Shown: positions 59,220 through 64,000 of the stretch, in pieces | How positions within the stretch are numbered: position 1 is the first letter of the stretch | Layout: each line of letters opens with the position of its first letter | Origin: Tubulanus polymorphus | Lineage: Eukaryota; Animalia; Nemertea | Reading direction: 5' to 3' | DNA length: 64,000 nucleotides | Assembly: GCF_964204645.1 (NCBI RefSeq) | Contig: NC_134025.1 | Span: forward strand, 5,146,001 to 5,210,000 | Notes under the pieces: model-generated | Database searches by the model: none | What the model saw: the letters and a program-made list of their open reading frames with translations, nothing else | What the model was told of the DNA's origin: nothing | Position numbers and translations under genes: made by a program

Positions 59220-62200
59220 TCAGTTTAGTTTCACTAGTCCAGAATCCACTAATGGCTGATACACAAGAGGTAGTTCACATCCAGGCTGTGGAATATCTGA
59301 ATACAATTGCACTTTTGGTGTCGAGCTATTATCCTAAAATTGGAAGATAAATTCATATACACTCTCATTTACAAACTGGAAAATTACTATCAATCATAAC
59401 AGTTTCTAGTACATGACAATAGGCTTCTTACTGTGATACAAGCAATTAGATTCCCTGAAGCAAGAGTTGCATCCATCAATTTCAATGTTTCTTCAGGCCA
59501 CCCAACACCTGTTGGTGGAGTGATGCCATCTATTATGAAATGCAGACCTTGAGCCGGAAGCTCTAGATACTCCGAATAAATTTCACGCAAACTGAAAATT
59601 TGAAAGAACGTATTAACTTACAACACTGATCTCACCAAACCTGCGGAGATGCTATTCTAGAAATACTTTTCAGTCTTACTTTGAGAAATCCACGGTTTCG
59701 GCATTTCCATAGTCAACATATCTTACATCACATGTTCGCTTCGCTGCATTCATACTCATGATTTCAGCCCTATACCAACAATTATCATATGAAAACTGTC
59801 CCAAACATGCCATCCCTAAAAAAATCATTGAAATAAATATAATAAACATATATGCTTAACTTCATAACAGATCATTCATAACCATCAATTAGTTTAATCG
59901 ATTAGGTCAATATCTATGGGCTCACCTAATTCTGGTTCGTCAACTGGGGGTGCATCGGGGGCAATTTCATTAATTTCATGACTAAGCTGAAGAAGTGCAT
60001 CCAATTGAGCGTTTATCTGTATTTGTCTTTCATCATCGGTATTCTCAAAACGACTGAACTGGCAGCATACCTATGTGAACAGTTACAGTAGATTGTAATG
60101 TATTCATCAAATATCAAGCATCGGACAAATAATGATGAAAGAAGATAATTGTGATTTTGTACTGTTAACTCACCAGGTTGACATCGATGGTACTAGTTAC
60201 TGAGACACAGAAATATTCATGGAGGTTTGGCATAGATACAGTTTTATAAGTAGATGAGACCTGTAAAACAAAATCATTGAAAATTGTAAAAAACATTTCA
60301 TCTATCATTTCATTCTGAATCAATGAATTACCAGTCGCCTCAGTTTCACTGTAACCATAAACATATCTGTATTGACAGATGCTAGTGAAACTTAAGCCAA
60401 ACAAAGGAGGATTCAAGCTTCATTGATATGAATCTTATCACTTACAGCACCATTGAGATTTTGAGAAGAGATATCAGTAATAGTAGGTATAGTGGGCAAA
60501 TTTTCCTCCTCAATAATAACTTCTGGTTCAGGATATTCCGTCAATGATACAACCATATTTTCCTTCAGCAGTAACTCCGCTAAATTAAGACCCTTTCGCG
60601 TTTCGAGCATTACTTCGATGGGTTTTCCGGCTTCTGGTTGCTCCTATTCATGAAATTATTAATGCATAGATACAAAACCTACATAAATACTGGTACTGAA
60701 AAAACCCAACTCAGAATATACTTACGACAATCACAATGTCACACGGTTGCCCAACAATGACATTATGCATGTGATCCAATACTGGTACTGGCCAAGTCCC
60801 GGTGCTTGATTTCTACAAAAAGCGATTGGCGCTTTACATTATGACTAGAACACAACATTCTGAAGAAGAGGCACTTCTGAGATACTTACTGGAGCTATTT
60901 GGTGAAGCTTCATTTCTAGACACTGTTGTGGTATATCTAAATGAACAGCTTCACACCTCAACTGATCACGACTTACAAATTCTGAATTTCCAAAGTCAAT
61001 ATAAAGAACCTGAAATAAGGACAAAGCGACTTGTGATCTGAAGCTTCGAGACAATAATTACTAATAATAATCCCATCAAATTACCTGAATTCCCCTTTCT
61101 GGATTAAGCGCAAGTATTTTTGCTCTATACCAGCTATTATCAACATGGTATCTCGCCGTACATCCATTTCCGACTTCCCATAATACATCTTCCTCTGGCT
61201 CGGAGTTATAGAAAGTCCTTTGCAAATCACCCATCAGTGAATTGATGATGTCGCCTGCAAATAAGGCCGAACATAAAAATTCAATTTCCTATCAGCCCTA
61301 AATTTCCAAGACAACTTGATTCGTCATTTTTCACTTACTGTCATTCATATCTTGTACCATAATAATACCGGAGTAATCGACGTAAGTAGGCATGCCTTTC
61401 ATCTGCGGTGATTTCGGCATCTTTGGAGGGAGATATTTAACAATAGGAAGACGGCGCATTAGGCGCTCTTTTTTTGGTACTTTAGAGATATCGTTTATTT
61501 CTACGTCTTCACTTGAATTTTGACCAGATTCACCGTTATTAAGACTAGATCTTTGACTGAAAATGGATAGAATTCACATCATAATTTGATGTTCACAACT
61601 AAGAGATATGGATTAGCAATATTTACCCTTTGATTGGTAAAGCGACACCGTGGCTTATTAGAATGTCTATCCCTGAAACAATATTACACTTCTCTGCGTT
61701 CAATGCATCTGCTTCAACTACTTCATGAATCCTTATATCAACTGGAAGGATTCCATCAACCATATCACCCTTAAAATGATAACAAATCAGTAATTTCAGA
61801 TTCGAATAAGATGCACGTGGTGATATCAATGACCAATAAATGCATAACCATACATACAAAATTCATATAGTCGGCAGAACTTAGTTATTACCTTTTTAAT
61901 GATTTGACACTGCTTGCCAAGCACGGTATCTTTGAGTATGTCACACGCTGTCCGAGACCATCTACTTATATCACCAGCTGGTTGGATGCCATACAGACGA
62001 CATTGTAAGGCAAAGCAAGGGTATGGTTGTATGAATTTTTCATCTAGTAGCCTCATTGCGGTCTGTGGCAAGATGTCCGAGTATCCATAATCCATTAAAT
62101 GAACCTTTCATAATCAAAACAAGAATTATAAAACAACAAATCCTGCGACGTAAAATGGGTGTTCTCCAATTTGTTCCATGCCAGAGTATGATTGAGATGG

Positions 62201-63928
62201 CAAATTTCAAATAATATGCCTTTTCCATAAAAGCTTTACCTTGGATGTATCGTCTTCATAGACTTCCTTGACTTTAGCTCTGTACCACTTATTATCGCGA
62301 GAATAACAAACTGCACACACGTCATCAACTTCCCACTTCATATTCAATGTAGGCGAATTTTCGTACATTTCTTTCAGCTGCTTCATCAAACTAATTGGAG
62401 AGGACATTGATATAGAAATATCAAACGTAACATAGCCTTATACTGGTAATGATTAAGACTGAGTTGAAACATATTATTCTATTGTTACCTTTCTAACGAA
62501 GAATCAGATGCATTTTGCATGAAAATTTCATCTGGAGACACAACGTGCGTTACATGTAATGAGTAGGCATTAGATGTAGTTTCATCAGATGACGTCTCAG
62601 ATTCTGATTCCTCACATTTAACTGGGGAGGATTTCTAAAAATCAATTTTCAGCTTATAAGCAACTCCTTTACATATGACAGCATATACTGATATTCATAC
62701 ATGTACAGTATTTCATATCAAAATGTACCTTAGTTACTTGTTTGCCTTCCTTAGGATAAGATCCAGGTGGACCAACAGTTTCTGTTGTTCCTTGTTTATG
62801 CGCTTCAGCCAGCTCACTCAGGTCAGCCCAAGAAACTTTAACTACAGCTAAGTCAGCAATTTCTGCAGTCTTTTCTTCTGACTTGTTAGTTTTTCCCGGC
62901 GAAGGAGGTAGAGTACTTTGCGTTACTGATCTGTTGAATCATACATACATCTCAGAAATTACACGCACAAGGATTTTAGATTAGGTATGGTATGTTAAAT
63001 GGGGTGCTGGCAACACTAGTGTGGCAAGTATAATTCTACCAGCTTCCACCGGGTTTGCTAGTTTACTGTACAGATTGATGTCGACGCTGGATTTCTTGAT
63101 CGACTCAATTAAAATCTAATGATAATTTCTTTAATTCTATGATGTACAAATATCATGTCATGTGTGAACTCTTAAGACTAATTGAAGTTTATCTAGATCC
63201 TAGTACCTAATCTTCTGATTGGAAGACCAGACATTTGATAGCTTACCCCAGACCAGTGCTGAGTGCATAACCAAGTCGAACTAACTGAGCATTGATACTG
63301 ATTCGGTTCCCATCTTGTACTTCAAATGCTAATACTGAGAGCTGACTTTTGTTCAACTCTGCAAACATAGAATTCACTCATCACCAATAATTGGAGCAAG
63401 TTCAAGGTAGTATCAATAGTATCAATATAATAATTGAATGAATATCATGCAAGTACCTTTCACTTCAAAGACTAATTCCTTAGAAAACATCAGTTCTTTC
63501 ATCTTTTCAATACACTAAAATATGGAAGATTATCACGATTATCAATACAAACGCAAGGCTGTTAAAGATGAATAAATCTATGAACAATACCTCATCTGAC
63601 CATTGTTTTCCTGATAATGGTTGAATATCGGCTAATCGACAAGGTAATGCCTACAAAACACTTATTCTTAATAATCCTCAAAGGAAACATTTTCAACAGA
63701 TTTCTACATAAAACACTATGAAATATGAAAAGGTTTTCATGAATCAATTTACCTGTGCTTCGAGGATCATGAACTTTGGTAACACTTTCTTGACATCCCA
63801 GACAGTGATGAGCTTATTGCAACCAATATCAATTAATTCAACATCAATCATACGCTTACCGAGCATCCGCATGACATGAGCTCTGTACCACCTTCCATCA
63901 TCAGGATTCCTCACAATGCATGCCATAT
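59220..63928 (-). CDS. multi-Tudor domain protein, RNF17/TDRD4-like (3' part; continues beyond the right edge)
   Basis: At least four extended Tudor repeats (DDGRWYRA; YSRDNKWYRAKV...DYG; SWYRAKI...YIDFGNSE; CWYRAEI...YVDYGNAE). IQPAGDISRWSRTACD and terminal LVYQPLVDSGL resemble RNF17 as recalled; the orthology call is moderate. Confidence 0.85.
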
Positions 63929-64000
63929 CTACGTAAAATCAATGAATAATATCATTTAATATTGAGAGAGGGATGAGACTTGCATCAAAACCTATAAAAC

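Overview
AT-rich, gene-dense, intron-rich animal genomic DNA (short GT-AG introns; an invertebrate bilaterian is inferred). It is not prokaryotic, so there are no operons or CRISPR arrays, and most short ORFs in the track are exon fragments or noise. Genes in order: 5' end of an unidentified acidic protein (-, runs off the left edge), FAAH2 (+), PHIP/BRWD (-), DHDDS (+), TMEM161 (-), intersectin (+, short and long isoforms), a BTB-BACK protein (+), SPRTN (-), an Expanded/FRMD6-like FERM protein (+) and the 3' part of a multi-Tudor RNF17-like gene (-, runs off the right edge). Most neighbours are head-to-head with ETS/YY1-type motifs, or tail-to-tail. The most striking observation is a cluster of three tandem, homologous, in-phase exons in intersectin. 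Each encodes the first strand and Ca2+-binding loop 1 of the C2 domain, and they differ in whether they keep the first Ca2+-ligating aspartate, which suggests a mutually exclusive splicing switch. Intersectin also shows a split-codon T|GA versus T|GG short/long switch and a proline-rich candidate cassette exon. Exon boundaries were read by eye and protein identities come from recalled family motifs, not from database searches.
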